DNA of 64,000 bases from Catajapyx aquilonaris. Taxonomy: Eukaryota. The DNA lies in NCBI GenBank assembly GCA_000934665.2, contig KZ538096.1, forward strand, positions 62,001 to 126,000, read 5' to 3'. Both the position numbers and the translations under genes were made by a program. Below are positions 39,494 through 52,145 of the stretch, piece by piece. The first letter of the stretch is position 1, and every line of letters starts with the position of its first letter. The notes beneath the pieces were generated by a model. It did not search any database, was not told the origin of the DNA, and worked only from the letters and a program-made list of their open reading frames with translations.

Positions 39494-41201
39494 GCATATA
39501 TGTTTAGTGTAAATACTTTTAATTCCTTTTTTTTATTAAACACGCTGCGCTCGATACGCTGGCGTCGCGTCGCGTCGTGACCCAAGAACGTGAAATTCCG
39601 CCACCAGGTTTTACTGCGCATGAGCAGGAACATTTTGCATAAAAACCAGGTTTTATATATTCCGTCACGTACTTTCGTTGAAGGCAAAAATCCAGGAAGT
39701 CTTCTTGAATAACTTCGGCCACGTGCCCTGTTCCAGTCTCGACAACAACAAGTCATTGATCTATTTGATTCTATCACACCGGAGTAGAAAACCCGTTTCG
39801 ATGCCATCTCGAGTTCGCCTCGTTTCTACAAGTGCACTCATTACAATAAACTTCGCATGCATGAGTTACTCTACTGTATACATTAGGGTTGCAAATAACA
39901 ACACACGCTAAAACCTAATCGACTCGGGACACAACTGCCCATGTAAATGCAAATGTAAATAACGGAAACCTGTTCAGTATGAAAAATTCAGTAGGCAGGT
40001 GTTACTCTATTATTGTAATAATAGTACAGGTGAATATCTGGATATAACGGGAACAATTTCATTCAGTTACTGACGATGAAAAGTGATAAATCAACACATT
40101 ATTATAATGGTGATGGTTGCATACCGCCAGGATACGCCCGAAACATATTTTTGTTGCTATATTACATCAAGGTAATGGTATCATCAGGACGGATGAGTCA
40201 AAACCCATCGATTTTCACCAAACGTTCAAAAACACATGAGCTTACCCTCAAACACAACATGACCATGAGTCACAACACTACCAGAGATCCCTCCCCACAT
40301 TTTGCCTTTTCCGCCCCCTTCCCCCCCCCCCCAAAAAAAAAGCCAAAAAGTGGAGCTATTGTTAGGGTGAGAAAACAAAGGCCGTCACAATCGGACTGAT
40401 AGAAATGGATATAAATTTGTGAGGCAGGACTCGTCTTCCCTCCCTTGGGAAGACGGTGAGCACATCAAGAATAATTTTCAGGAATTTGAGATTCCTCACT
40501 GTTTGCCCAGCTAATGGAAGTTGATGGGCAGCCAACTCTAGGATTTTTTCGAAGTGTGATGGATTCCCATATCCACAATGACGGCACCCCCTCCTTCCCC
40601 ACTCCCGTCACTCTTACTCTCCCTTTTTCTCTCTTTCCTTGCAACTTTGGGGCCAGGATGGGGCTGCTGGGGGGAATGGATGTTAGCTGTGAGAGGGAGA
40701 GAGGAGATGATGTGAAAGAGGTCCACGGGAAAGTGCATCAGAGTGGAATTTTTTTGGGAACTATAATGCGGCTGCTTTCCCCCCCTCCTAACAGTAGGCT
40801 ACTCTTCTCCTTCAATGAATCTGGAATTACCATGCACAAAGATTCTCAAAAAATGTTATTCCTGAGAACGATTGCCTTCCAATAGAACATTTTTACAGAT
40901 ATCAATGTCTTTTTATACCTTACTGTACAGTGTACAGTGAGCTGGGTCGGAGTGTGAATCGTACATTTTTTCAAATTTTAAATGGCCACTGTATATATAG
41001 CCTACCTGAAATTATTTTATTTTAATTTTGTGGCATTAGTGTATGACATGAATCGCATAGTGTAGAGCTGTAGACTATTAAACTTGATTCCGCAATTATT
41101 TGCACCATCAACTCTAAAAATGCATCATCAAATTTCGATGTCATTTTTCGTACCGTATATTTGACATCAAAAATTGAGAAAGGCCTACTTGACCCTATTT
41201 A

Positions 41202-41337
41202 CAGGGGTGGGCAAACTGCGGCCCGCGGATCGGATCCAGCCCGCGAATAAAACTTGTGACAAATAAAAAATGGCACAATTTTTGTAGAAACTTTTTGGCC
41301 CTCCAAATTTTTTTGGTCTCTCTGTGGCCCACCCCTG
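41202..41337. mobile_element. hAT (Charlie-like) MITE
   Basis: CAGGGGTGGGCAAAC...GGCCCGCGG...CCCGC left end and GCCCACCCCTG right end; the flanks CCCTATTTA / CCCTATTA approximate an 8-bp TSD. Confidence 0.78.
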
Positions 41338-44300
41338 CCCTATTAGCTGATAGTGCTTGCCAGAAGGGTAGCCAACTGATAACCATATACGACCAATACA
41401 GTACAAGTCACATATCCCTGATTTCACGGACACATGGTCCAGAAAAATTCTTGTTCCACACATGCCTGTCCACATTAGTCAAACGTGGATCAGAAGGAAT
41501 GAAGGCCAAGTGGAGGTGTTCCTGTCACTGTTGCGGCAATCCGCTTATAACTCCTTCAAGCACTAATCTCCTAACGCCTCTTCTCGTCCTCTTTTATTAC
41601 AATACGCCACCTCTTTGCCTGACAAGTTCGTCACTCTACCCAAGATTAATTCCTAGCTAATTCATACCCGAGGTTAGTGTCACTCTTATGAAGATTAATC
41701 ACACCCAGTTGAGTATATGCCTCCCTCTAAACCGGGGATTGTCAAAAAAAAAGTTTTAAAAAAAGGCAGACCAGGTTTTTCTGCTTGAATAGAACAAGTC
41801 TGCGGCTTCTTTCTATTAAAATATTTGATAGGAAAAAAACTATACAATGCATGGCATTATGAGAATCCTGCCAGATTCGGGACTGTAATTAGCAAGTTTC
41901 CAGCATATACACAAACATTGGCCAATACATCAGCTCCTGTATAGGCAAACTCATCAATGCGCAGGGTCAATCGATCACACGCCCATCATCCTCTTAAATT
42001 ATTCCAAGACCCTCCCTCTACTGGCGGGAAGCCACTTCTTGTAATATCGATGACACCAGGTCAATCTAAGATTGGTGCCTAGGGACAATTCCCTAGACCT
42101 TTGACTCCATCTACATTCAGCACCAAATGACTGTCCTAGCCGACTTTAAATAATCAATCTGCGATATATATGCAAATTTTTTTCTTCTTTCCCCCGTCTT
42201 CACCCCCCCCCCCCCTCAAAGTCTGAGATAGATAAATGAAGGTCGGTAAGCAATAGGAGAGGGGTGAGTTAGCTGGAGTTAGGTTGGGTTCCCGCCACGC
42301 GAGCGGGTCTCCCCTCTTGCTTTGCCACCCTGTTTTGCGCACCATTTTTCACAGGCCTGCCAGCCTAGTCTCGGAGGAACTAATCAATAATCAATTTATC
42401 AGGGAAAATCAACTTGCGCAACACTTCTGGAATCAACACGCCTCTACTTGGCCGAGTCTAGTCGAAAGTCTGGGGGAAGTTTTGGGAGGGTGTGAGAGGG
42501 TGGTACAGGTGGTGCTGGGAGAGTCATTTCCTTAAGCGCCATATAAAATTGTATAAGAAAAATTAGGAAATGGATTTATTAACATTTAGCGGCATTTTAC
42601 GTGAATATTAGTCAAATGTATTTAGACTGTAAGTTGGCATGTAAGACCCCTGAGAGAATTGTTTTAAAAAAATGCAACTTTCATAGCCTAACCTAAAAGT
42701 TCGAAATGAGTGACTCTGATCGTTTTGCATATATTTTAGTCAGTGGAGACCTGGCTTTCTAACCTTAGTTTGTAGTAGCTATCGGTCGATAATTATTGAT
42801 GGACGAAGCAGCTTGGAGCGATTTTCTGTTCAACGTTGTCTGTCATCAGTTAGTAATAAATTATATGATGACTGCCAGAAATCCAATGTTGCCTTATGCA
42901 GGGTGGAGCACTGCCCAAGTTCTCCACAAAAGGTGATTGTGTCCCATGTTCTTATTTTTATACCGCTGCTTTAATTTATTTCTTCCCGGCGAACAGGCTC
43001 TTGGAAACAATATTCTCCTTTATAGCCTATTCCCTGGGAAATATTCTAAATATACCGTATTGCCTGTCCGATGAAATTTTTTTACATGAAAATTAAGGAC
43101 GTAATGTAAATCTCGCGGATGTGATTCTCGGATGACGACGCGAAGTCTCGGCACTCACGTAGGATGGAGTCGGTCCGACCAATCAGGAGCGAGCCTCTTC
43201 CCGCTGCCACCAATGGCGACATAAACAAGGTCGCACGTGAGTGGAAAAGAATTGGAAAGGATTCCACTTCAGATGGTTACAAACCTCGTAACTTCAACAA
43301 GTTGACCCATGGAACATTAAAAAAATTATTAATAATACAAACATAACCATCAACCACAATTATAATATTAATTAATTATTATTATAATTAGTATGTAGCC
43401 ACGAGCTTCGTGGGGGCCAGCCCTTTCATCTCACGACCTCCGGAATGGCCCGCATTTTGTAATGCTAAGCATCATTTGGAAAGCTCCTGTACATCATGCA
43501 TTTGTGTTGGCACTTGGCAGTCACATTCCAAGTATGCAAAGTGCAAGGCTTGATGGCTCTACGTTCGACTATGCTTTACCTATAACAGTGACCGGCGTAA
43601 TTACGATGAGAGTTAAATATGTACATTACTTTGAAGACAAATTCATTGGCTAAGAAATGATGTAACATTATGCAAGATTGAACTTGATTTGTAGAAGATA
43701 CGAGAGTGTTTGATGAATTTCATACTTTTGCGTGGTGATTTTGTGACATCATCAACTTTATTGCATTGAAATTTATTGTGTGTTTCCGATTGTCACCTTT
43801 ATGTTTACCTGCATATAGCCATAAAAATTATGTCATTTCCCAATCTCAATTACGTGCATATGCTACAGTGTAAGATGCTTTTGCGTGAAAACCAACCTGA
43901 AATTAGGTGCTTGTATTGCATGAATGTGATTTAGAATCTATAACTTTATCAGTTTATTTATTGTGTGATTGACCGCACTGTCCTGTTCTTTCAATGGTTC
44001 CAACTTGATCGTTTCCTTACTAATAGTTTACATTAATATATGACATGTTTTTCTTGGGGCTGCCAGTCAGTTTCCGTCCTACCGCGCCGCCATGGATTCA
44101 ATATGGCGGCCTGTAGTCAGGGAGCCATACCTATGCACATCGCGTTGGAATTCGAACATAGTTCAAGCTTAATTACGCTTTTTTCTGTTTTCTCTTATTT
44201 AGTGGTTCGTCAGATTTTCTTTATTAATTAACAATATAATAATCGTTCCAGATTCATCGACTACATACCCAGAAGATTCATATAAATTAAAATAATCGTG

Positions 44301-44498
44301 TTAGCTTATAAGCTGAATAAGTTCACCACCTCTCCACTTGGAGGCGCGACTACCCACCGCATGTATTTGTATGGGGGTGAATGCTGCCATCCATCGGCTG
44401 GAGTGATAATCTTCCGAAATGGATCGACAAAAACCTACGAAATAGCCTTTTAAATTTGGGCTGGGTCAAAAGTGACCAAAGGTGCAACAGTAGCTACC

Positions 44499-44847
44499 TT
44501 TTAGACTTTTTCGAGAGAAAAAAGTCTTATAGAACGGCTCTGTCTGTCTGTCTGTCTGTGGACAGAGCCCTGCTATAAGACTTTTTTTGCGATTTTCGGG
44601 TTCCGGGTTCATCCGCCCCTTACCCCTGGTTGTCCCCTCCCCCACCACTCCTTTCCCCCACTATCCCCTACCCCCTGACCGCCCCTTTCCCCCTGACCTC
44701 CCAGTCCCCCCCCCCACCGCCCACCTCCCCCAGATTACCCTTTCCCCCCTCCCCCCTCCTACCCCATGATACCTGATACCTGCCCACAGACGGACGGACA
44801 GAGTCGTGCTATAAGACTTTTTCCGATTTATGAAAAAAGGTCTAAAA
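44499..44847. mobile_element. Helentron/DINE-1-like element ends in inverted arrangement
   Basis: T-run, short hairpin AGACTTTTT..AAAAAGTCT, then (GTCY)n microsatellite; mirrored at 44785-44847 and partly at 44562-44588. Confidence 0.5.
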
Positions 44848-45501
44848 CATGGGTTTGCTAGGATATATTTTTTAAAGGGGGAAAGGGGCGGTCTGGGGTA
44901 GGAAAACGGAGGGGGGAAGGGGGAAGTCCACCTTTGGCCGAAAATGAGTTATGGGTGGTTTCAGTTTCAGTCCCAGCACCGTGACGGACGTTGGGGACAA
45001 TAGCAGTAAACATGAAAAGGTATACTCTAATCACGCTCACGTGATTTTCCAATCTTGCGTAAATATGCGTGAGTTTTGGAATGTGGGGCCGAATTACGGA
45101 AGTGTGTGGAATTGCATCCCTATGTGATGTGCTCCTGGATGTGCTAAAAGACATGATAATGTAAAGAAGTGGAAATGCTTCTGAGTAACTTCTATAGAAG
45201 GACTACAGAAATGGATTCCAAGAAGGGGACCTCATCGAGTCGGAAACATCATACTTGGATAGTAACATCACGTATGAGCTAACGAGTTCTGTTCATGACT
45301 GATTGTGTTGACCAGCTTTTCTATTTATGCCTTGCAACTATAATAACATTAAACTTTCAGATTTTGACATTGAGGCTATTGGATCAAGGACAACTCAGAA
45401 GGCCAGCAGTTATATGATAATTATATAAGACTGCATAATCCATATTCATTGTGACATTTCCTGGCGATGTTGCCAAAATAGTGGCATACTAAAAAAGGAG
45501 C

Positions 45502-45680
45502 ACTGAGTGGAAAATTCACTCAATTTGAGTGAAATTATCGCTCAATCTGAGTGAAAAATTTCACTCAAGTAATAGAGTGATTTTCGCTTTAAAAGGAAGG
45601 GATTCAAATCAAGTAGAAGCAAGAGTGAAAAATCATTCAAATCGAGTAGTTTTTCGCTCGAAAATGTTTAGAGTGATACT
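45502..45680. repeat. Degenerate array of GAGTGAAAA/TTCACTC inverted and direct subrepeats
   Basis: Recurrent TGAGTG(G/A)AAA(A)TT(T)CACTCAA motifs; probably a decayed foldback-type transposon end. Confidence 0.5.
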
Positions 45681-47292
45681 ATGGCAAAAGATTAACTACT
45701 CTTACCGTCTTGTAGAAGAGCAGTTTGATTTTTAAAATACTTGTCCACACGCAGAATGAATGCATTTCAACAAGAGCTTGCAGAGGGACGTGTCCGATAC
45801 CTCATCGTCGCAAAATAATCGTGCTACATTACTTACGAGTATAAATTTTTAAACGTTCCGTAATTACAGAAGGCGACAAGCAGTCTATGTGTATTGCACA
45901 TAATAATAGCCTACTTTAGGTATCCTTTTGAGTACCTTCTCATGTGCACATGTAAACTTGAGAGGTAAAGATTTGACACTAAAATTTTTGAAACATATGG
46001 TAAATATCGCAGATTAATTACCATCACACTACTGCCCCAATAAGGTCATTAAGTATTTTCCAGCAGTAGCCTACTTCGCATTATGTGAGGCGCTGCAATA
46101 TATTTGAAATTTAGGAAATTTATTTATTACTCATTTATTTATAAGTATACTTTGACAGCTACTCCAAATAAAAATATCACATCATTATTCCATTCCCCCT
46201 TTAATTTGATGTACCTGAAGATGTTTCTGTAATAAATACAACAGTGTAAAAAAATATTGATGCAATATGTTGAAACCGCGCCAATATTTCAAGTGATGGG
46301 TATTGCAGCAAAATGGAAGGTATACAGTTTCGGCATCATTTCTTCGAGTAATTTTTTTCAAAGAATTGCCTGTCTGTATCTTATTATTATTGTCCAGCTG
46401 TTAATAATTGTAGCCGCTTACTGTCATGTTAACTCCACCGATATACATTACTGGTTTTCTAATAACTGACAATAATTATGCTACCGTATACCTAATTATT
46501 CAATGATTTACAACAATTAACTAAACAGTCTCAACAATTCAAAAATGACTAGATCCTGCCCATTGAGCCTTCCCGCGGATAACGTCATACATTATAACCA
46601 CCAGGGAGCAACATTCACGCCATGAATCACACAATTCTGGAGAATCCGATTGGAATTACCCGTTACTTTGATGTTAATGGCTGCCTGTGGTCACTGTTAC
46701 AGCTTTTCAAGTGAATCTGTGGAGCATGAAATGTCCCATCAACAAATCGATGCCAATGTTTCCACAAGGCCTGCCGGAATGAAGCCCATGCTGCAGCCCC
46801 CCCTACGCCTCCCTACCCCACTCTGGTTCTGTCCCAGCTCCCTGACAAACTTTGCCTGCGAGGTGTTCAGCTCTATAGTGTAGTGCCAACTGGGCCCCCG
46901 AGTATAGCCAGGGAAGTGTTAGGCTCCTGTTGAAAAGCACCATCATAGCATTTTGGGCAGACATTTCGGGTGACTGTTGATGAAAGCCAGAACCAAATGG
47001 ACCCCCCCCTTCTTGTGCATAGCTTCAGCTACACGAAGAAAGAAAAAGACAAGGGACGACCATGAGTGATGCAGGCACGCAGCTGACGAGAGGCATATCT
47101 TTACCACTGTTTCACACTCGGTAGTGTTGGGTGAAGACTGTTTTATTCAGAGTGGCACGAAAGAGGTTCCTAACTTCTTGTTTGGGTGATGGATGGTGCC
47201 ATAATGCGACCATGATGTTGTGGTCAGAATATAGATGGTGTAGGATGCGCAACCACCTATGAGGCATTTTCCCCTACGCATCATTATATATA

Positions 47293-47613
47293 CAGGGTGT
47301 TTCACCTTTTTTGTCCGAATAGTTATCGGAAAATTGCAATAGCTGCTACTTTGTAAGCAGTGACTTGCAAACGGTGATTTGTCGGAGGAAAGGGGAATGG
47401 GGAAAAAGAGGGTACACATCCCATATGACTATTTTTTCCATGGTTGACCCTCAATTTTCAGCGGTCAGCACGTATGCCACACTTCAACCTACGATTCGCA
47501 GGGAATATTCCCCGTTCTTCCCAAAAATCACCGTTTGCAAGTCACTGCTTACAAAGTAGCAGCTACGTGCAATTTTCCGATAACTGTTCGGACAAAAAAG
47601 TTTAAACACACTG
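47293..47613. mobile_element. Tc1/mariner-type MITE (M3) with ~90-bp TIRs
   Basis: TA|CAGGGTGTTTCACCTTTTTTGTCCGAATAGTTATCGGAAAATTGCA...CGGTGATTT and its reverse complement ending ACACACTG|TA. Confidence 0.88.
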
Positions 47614-49035
47614 TATAATATTATGATATGTCATATGTAACAGCGCATTTCAACAGTCAATAGCTAAACATTCTGCGGAGATGCTTCCGCAGGACACTCA
47701 ATTTACTTTGAGGAGGCCTCCCCATCACATAACATTATCAGGCCTTGATAAATATCCACTTGTCCCAAGTCTGGGCGCCTACTGAAAAATCGAACCACAG
47801 TTTTCCAGCACTATATACCCAACATCAACGTGACTTACAAGATGTGAGGGCGTGCTATATAGGTTGAAAGGCAGATAGGCCTACAAGTAGCCCATGTTCT
47901 GCCCTGATACGCCAGCCTTCAGAAACAGAATCTATCAAATTCGAGCCACGTCTAGGCCGTAATTCTACGGTTAGCCTATAAATCTCCTCCAATGCTGGGT
48001 CTGCAGGCCAGTCTTTTTTTTTCTGTCCCCTCTGGAGAAGTAAACAGCGATTCAGTCAAGTGGTGGATAGGATGGTGGCTCATATTCCTCTCATCCACCT
48101 GTTAGAGTGCAATCTATGGACAAAATCTTACAAGTTTGTTCAAAATACATTTTTGTAGATTCATTTTCTAAACCTGAAAAAAAACTCGAACCTTTTACTT
48201 CTCTTCTAAAAGTCCATACCTTATCCAAACTCTTGATATTCTGAAGGTGTGGTGGAAAGGTAGGCAAGAGGGTGTAGTCTCCCCCTCCTTGTGGACTCCC
48301 CCACATCAGCTGAATTCCCTTGAGCTTCTAAAGCAAGGCCCTCCCGGGTCCCCATTGGCCACCATGTCCCGTGCGGTCATTTATTCCTTGGCCGAATATA
48401 AGGACAGCTGCTGGGATGGGGATTATCACGGGAACCCCTAAGCTTCCAACGGGCTGCATTCTAATGGCGTACTGCCTACTGCGTTTCCTACGTGAAAGCG
48501 ATCGGTAAAATATTCCGTTGTCTTTCAAAATACTTGTAATTGGCACGGAACATATGGGATGCGCTCTAATGCCGGATGGGTCGGATTTATGGCTGACATC
48601 TTTTGCCCTCACCTCTCGGATATTACTTTTGGATGGTTTTTTTTTTTCTCGGGCCCATAGCTTTGGGGTTCGTGTCATGGATTTCTTGCTTCTTGCGAGA
48701 TGGTTTAGATATGGGATGGTTTTAACACGCGATGTTTAAGTAGCGCCTGATTATATGTGCATATTTGATATTGGGAGGTGATGAAGTGCAAAGTAAAACG
48801 TTGAAACATCGTTATAATCGTAAAAGTACAAAATAACTTGTTACTGAGATAATTAGTATTTAATAAAAAAATATAAGAATACTGTATGCCATTTGTACCG
48901 ACAGCACATTACGTCTAATGAGCTCGTATTTAAATGAAAACTGCGCTGCAACACATATTTTAACTTAACAGGTATAAGGCTGTTCGAAAGGACTCATGCA
49001 TGATGCCAGAATATTTTTGCTCTGTGGCCATTTAT

Positions 49036-49157
49036 CCTCCTGAGACCCCTGGTACAGTATACTGTACCTTTGTTTTTTCCAGCACCTTCTGACTAACTCA
49101 AACGCGTAAAAAACAAACACAAAGGTAATTGAAAGGTGTACTAGGGGTCTCAGGAGG
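49036..49157. mobile_element. piggyBac-like MITE (122 bp)
   Basis: TIR CCTCCTGAGACCCCT / AGGGGTCTCAGGAGG with TTAT on both sides. Confidence 0.72.
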
Positions 49158-49369
49158 TTATGACGCGGTGGATCTATGGAAATTTTGTAGCATTAGGATG
49201 TATAGACGCTACTGATGCAAACATCAGGTTGCGTCACATTTCGAGAGGAAATGTGTCAGTGTCCAAAAGCACGAAACTATAAACTAATGTTGGCAGATGG
49301 GAAGGAAAACTTATTTCAGAGTTAATGTGTAGACTATAATAATGGGAGGCTCCAATTAGTAACATCACA

Positions 49370-49725
49370 TTTTTTAAATTTTTTTAAAAAGTTTACCCCG
49401 TGATGACCCTTACGGGTGCTATAGGGGGTGGCATACCACCATCAGTTTTCTGTATATATTTTCAGCTTCATTCTCCGGTGCAAGGAAACAGGGACAATGG
49501 GAAATGATAGGGATTTTTGGGGAGGGAACATGGGTGCAAGGTGCAATGTCGTAGCTACGGGTCATGTGCTGTTCCCCAGGAGGTTAGGTTGCCAGACACC
49601 TCCTTGGTGCAGGTCAGAGACCCTCCTGACGCAGGTGAAAGGAAAGTTCCCCAGGCGGGGATCGAACCTGGGGCCTTTCACTGAGCAAGCCGAGACGTTA
49701 CCATCTCGGCCATCTACACCTCCCC
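49370..49725 (-). mobile_element. tRNA-derived SINE, family B (copy 1)
   Basis: Minus-strand A box TGGCCGAGATGG and B box GGTTCGATCCC; 12-bp TSD AGTAACATCACA (49358-49369 / 49726-49737). Confidence 0.87.
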
Positions 49726-51750
49726 AGTAACATCACAATATTCACGGGATAAAGCACGTCATTGACCAACACAGTAAGCAATATTTTAATTGCCTAATGC
49801 AAAATACTGGAAAGGTAATTAGTATTCCAGTAAGTTTCTAAGTGAATTGGTGGGAATAAAGAGATAAGATGGTAAGTATATAGGGAAAGTTACTGAAAAA
49901 TGTGGCCAAATATTTGAAGTCTCATTTATTCAAGCGATAAATGACCTAAAAAGTTAATACATTTCATTTTCATTTTTAAGCTGGTAAAAAGCAGATTTTA
50001 AAAACGTATTACACTTCCATGCAAAGCCATAAAAGTAATTATCCTACGAATTCACTTTCCACTCAAAATATGCCATCACAGTATAGTCTACAGAAAATAA
50101 ATCTGCCACTGATCAGCCAGGAAAAGAGCACCAATAAGGCACGTTTCCAACCACTGACGTCACTATATTTCGAGCTTAAAGGAAGAGAAGCGCATGAAAG
50201 TGGGCCTTGGTGGATGTAACTAGGATAAATAGTTTTTAACGTCCCCTCAAGGCAGGTTATATGAAAATGAATTATCGCGTTTCTTGATTGAATTATTTGT
50301 CGCTTATTGCACCTTACATAATTTACTCGCAACTGAAAAATCGCCGGCAGCACAACGTGCTTATCCTATACGAGCATTGACTTTTACCCGGAGCCGTCTT
50401 GGCAGCACTTTGCGTCCAACCAGACCCGTCGGATCCAACAGGTGGACAAATGTGGGGCTCTCCTTGAACTTTCCCAGGAAGACAAAAAAAATCGAAAGAT
50501 CGACTAACTCCCCCCCTGGAACATTCGCGGCAAATTTGAAATCCAACATGTAACGAACTTCACGTATAGATCATGCGATATGACATCTAGTGTCATGGAG
50601 AAGAAACCTCTTTTGTCCTGTCCGACCCATCCTTGAACTGTCAACTATTTACACACAAAAAAAGGTCTCCATCTTACACCCACCCACCATCATTTTGGGC
50701 ACCCTAAGCTGAAATTTTGGCCACATGATTGCGACCCAAAACCGCCCCCTATATGACATCATTGGTCCGATTCTCCCCTCCGATTCGCCAGATGTGGACN
50801 CCCCCCAAAAAAAAAAGGCCAAGCAGGGGGCTTGTGTCGCACAATGTCTTTATCGGCTCCATGGCCCGGATGCTGCTGTCAAGCCTCTAAAACCTTTTGT
50901 TGCCACCCCTTGGAAAACCCAGTTCGAATAGGCCCGTCTAACAGCTGCCTATTGATTTAAATATTCCATTCAATTTGCCTGTTAGGCTTGGCCGCTCATT
51001 GCGATTCGGACTACGGCATTTTTTGGGGGGAGCCTTACTCAGAAGCTGGACTGGGTTGGTTTCACAAAAGGTTGCGGCCAACTTTACGGCGTTTTGCCGA
51101 CGTTTATGGAGCTGGCCTGCAATAAGCTCCATTGGGTTAGGATCAAAAGAGGCGTGGGTTCACTATGCTGAAGGATGAAATCAAAAAATGGGGGAGGTCA
51201 TGCGCAGAATTTACGCGCAACCGGCTTTTCATGGGGTTCAAGTACAAGGGGCGGCTGCTGTCCAATCAAAGCATAGGGAGTCATCACTCATCAGGTGAAT
51301 AGGGGGACAAAAAAATAGGTCCACGTGTAGTGGACATCTAGGGACATGGTGAGAGTGAAAGAGTAACGGACAAAGCAGAGAAAAACGTACAACAGAGACA
51401 TCTATGTTTAAAAATGGCAGCTAGAATACTGCCGAACACTATCGTAATTTTATATTATTTTGGAATATACTGAGCAGTATGGCACCATGTTGTGAAGCTT
51501 TGAGTGTAAATAATATTGCAGTCAAGGAGGATGAAGGGCTGGAGTGGTGATTCACAGCCCCAATGTTGCTCAACTCCAGAATGATATATTATACAAACCC
51601 CTGACTGAGTGGCAGATTATAGTAATGAAATCTCCACATTATGATATTCAGTTAGTAACTAATGCTTCTTCTGTGTTTTTCTATTAGGATGAGACATCAA
51701 TAGAGCAGAACAAAACCCATAATGTGCGAACTATCACTTACAAGACAGCC

Positions 51751-51780
51751 GTTGTTGTTGTTGTTGTTGTTGTTGTTGTT
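51751..51780. repeat. (GTT)10 microsatellite
   Basis: Perfect tandem repeat abutting the SINE B head. Confidence 0.95.
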
Positions 51781-51782
51781 AT

Positions 51783-52145
51783 GGGAGGCCGAGATGGTAA
51801 CGTCTCGGCTTGCTGAGTGAAAGGTCCCAGGCTCAAATCCCTGCCTGGGAGTTCCCTTTCACCTACGTCATGAGGGTCTCTGACCTGTATCTTGGGAGGT
51901 GTCTGGCAACTTCGCCTCCCGGGGAAAAGCACATAACCCCTTTACAGACGCTGCACTTGCACCCATGTTCCCTCCCGAAAAATCCCCATCCTTTCCCTAC
52001 ATTCTGCTTCCCCTGCATCGGTGATTGAAGAAAAACATCGAATGATACTAGAAAAATGATGGTGGTATGCCACCCCCCTATCACGGGGTAAAATAAATAA
52101 TAATAATAATAATTATTATTATTGTTATTATTATTATTATTATTA
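51783..52145 (+). mobile_element. SINE family B (copy 2) with (AAT)n/(ATT)n tail
   Basis: Colinear with the reverse complement of about 49390-49712 (GGCCGAGATGGTAACGTCTCGGCTTGCT...GGTGGTATGCCACCCC). Confidence 0.87.
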
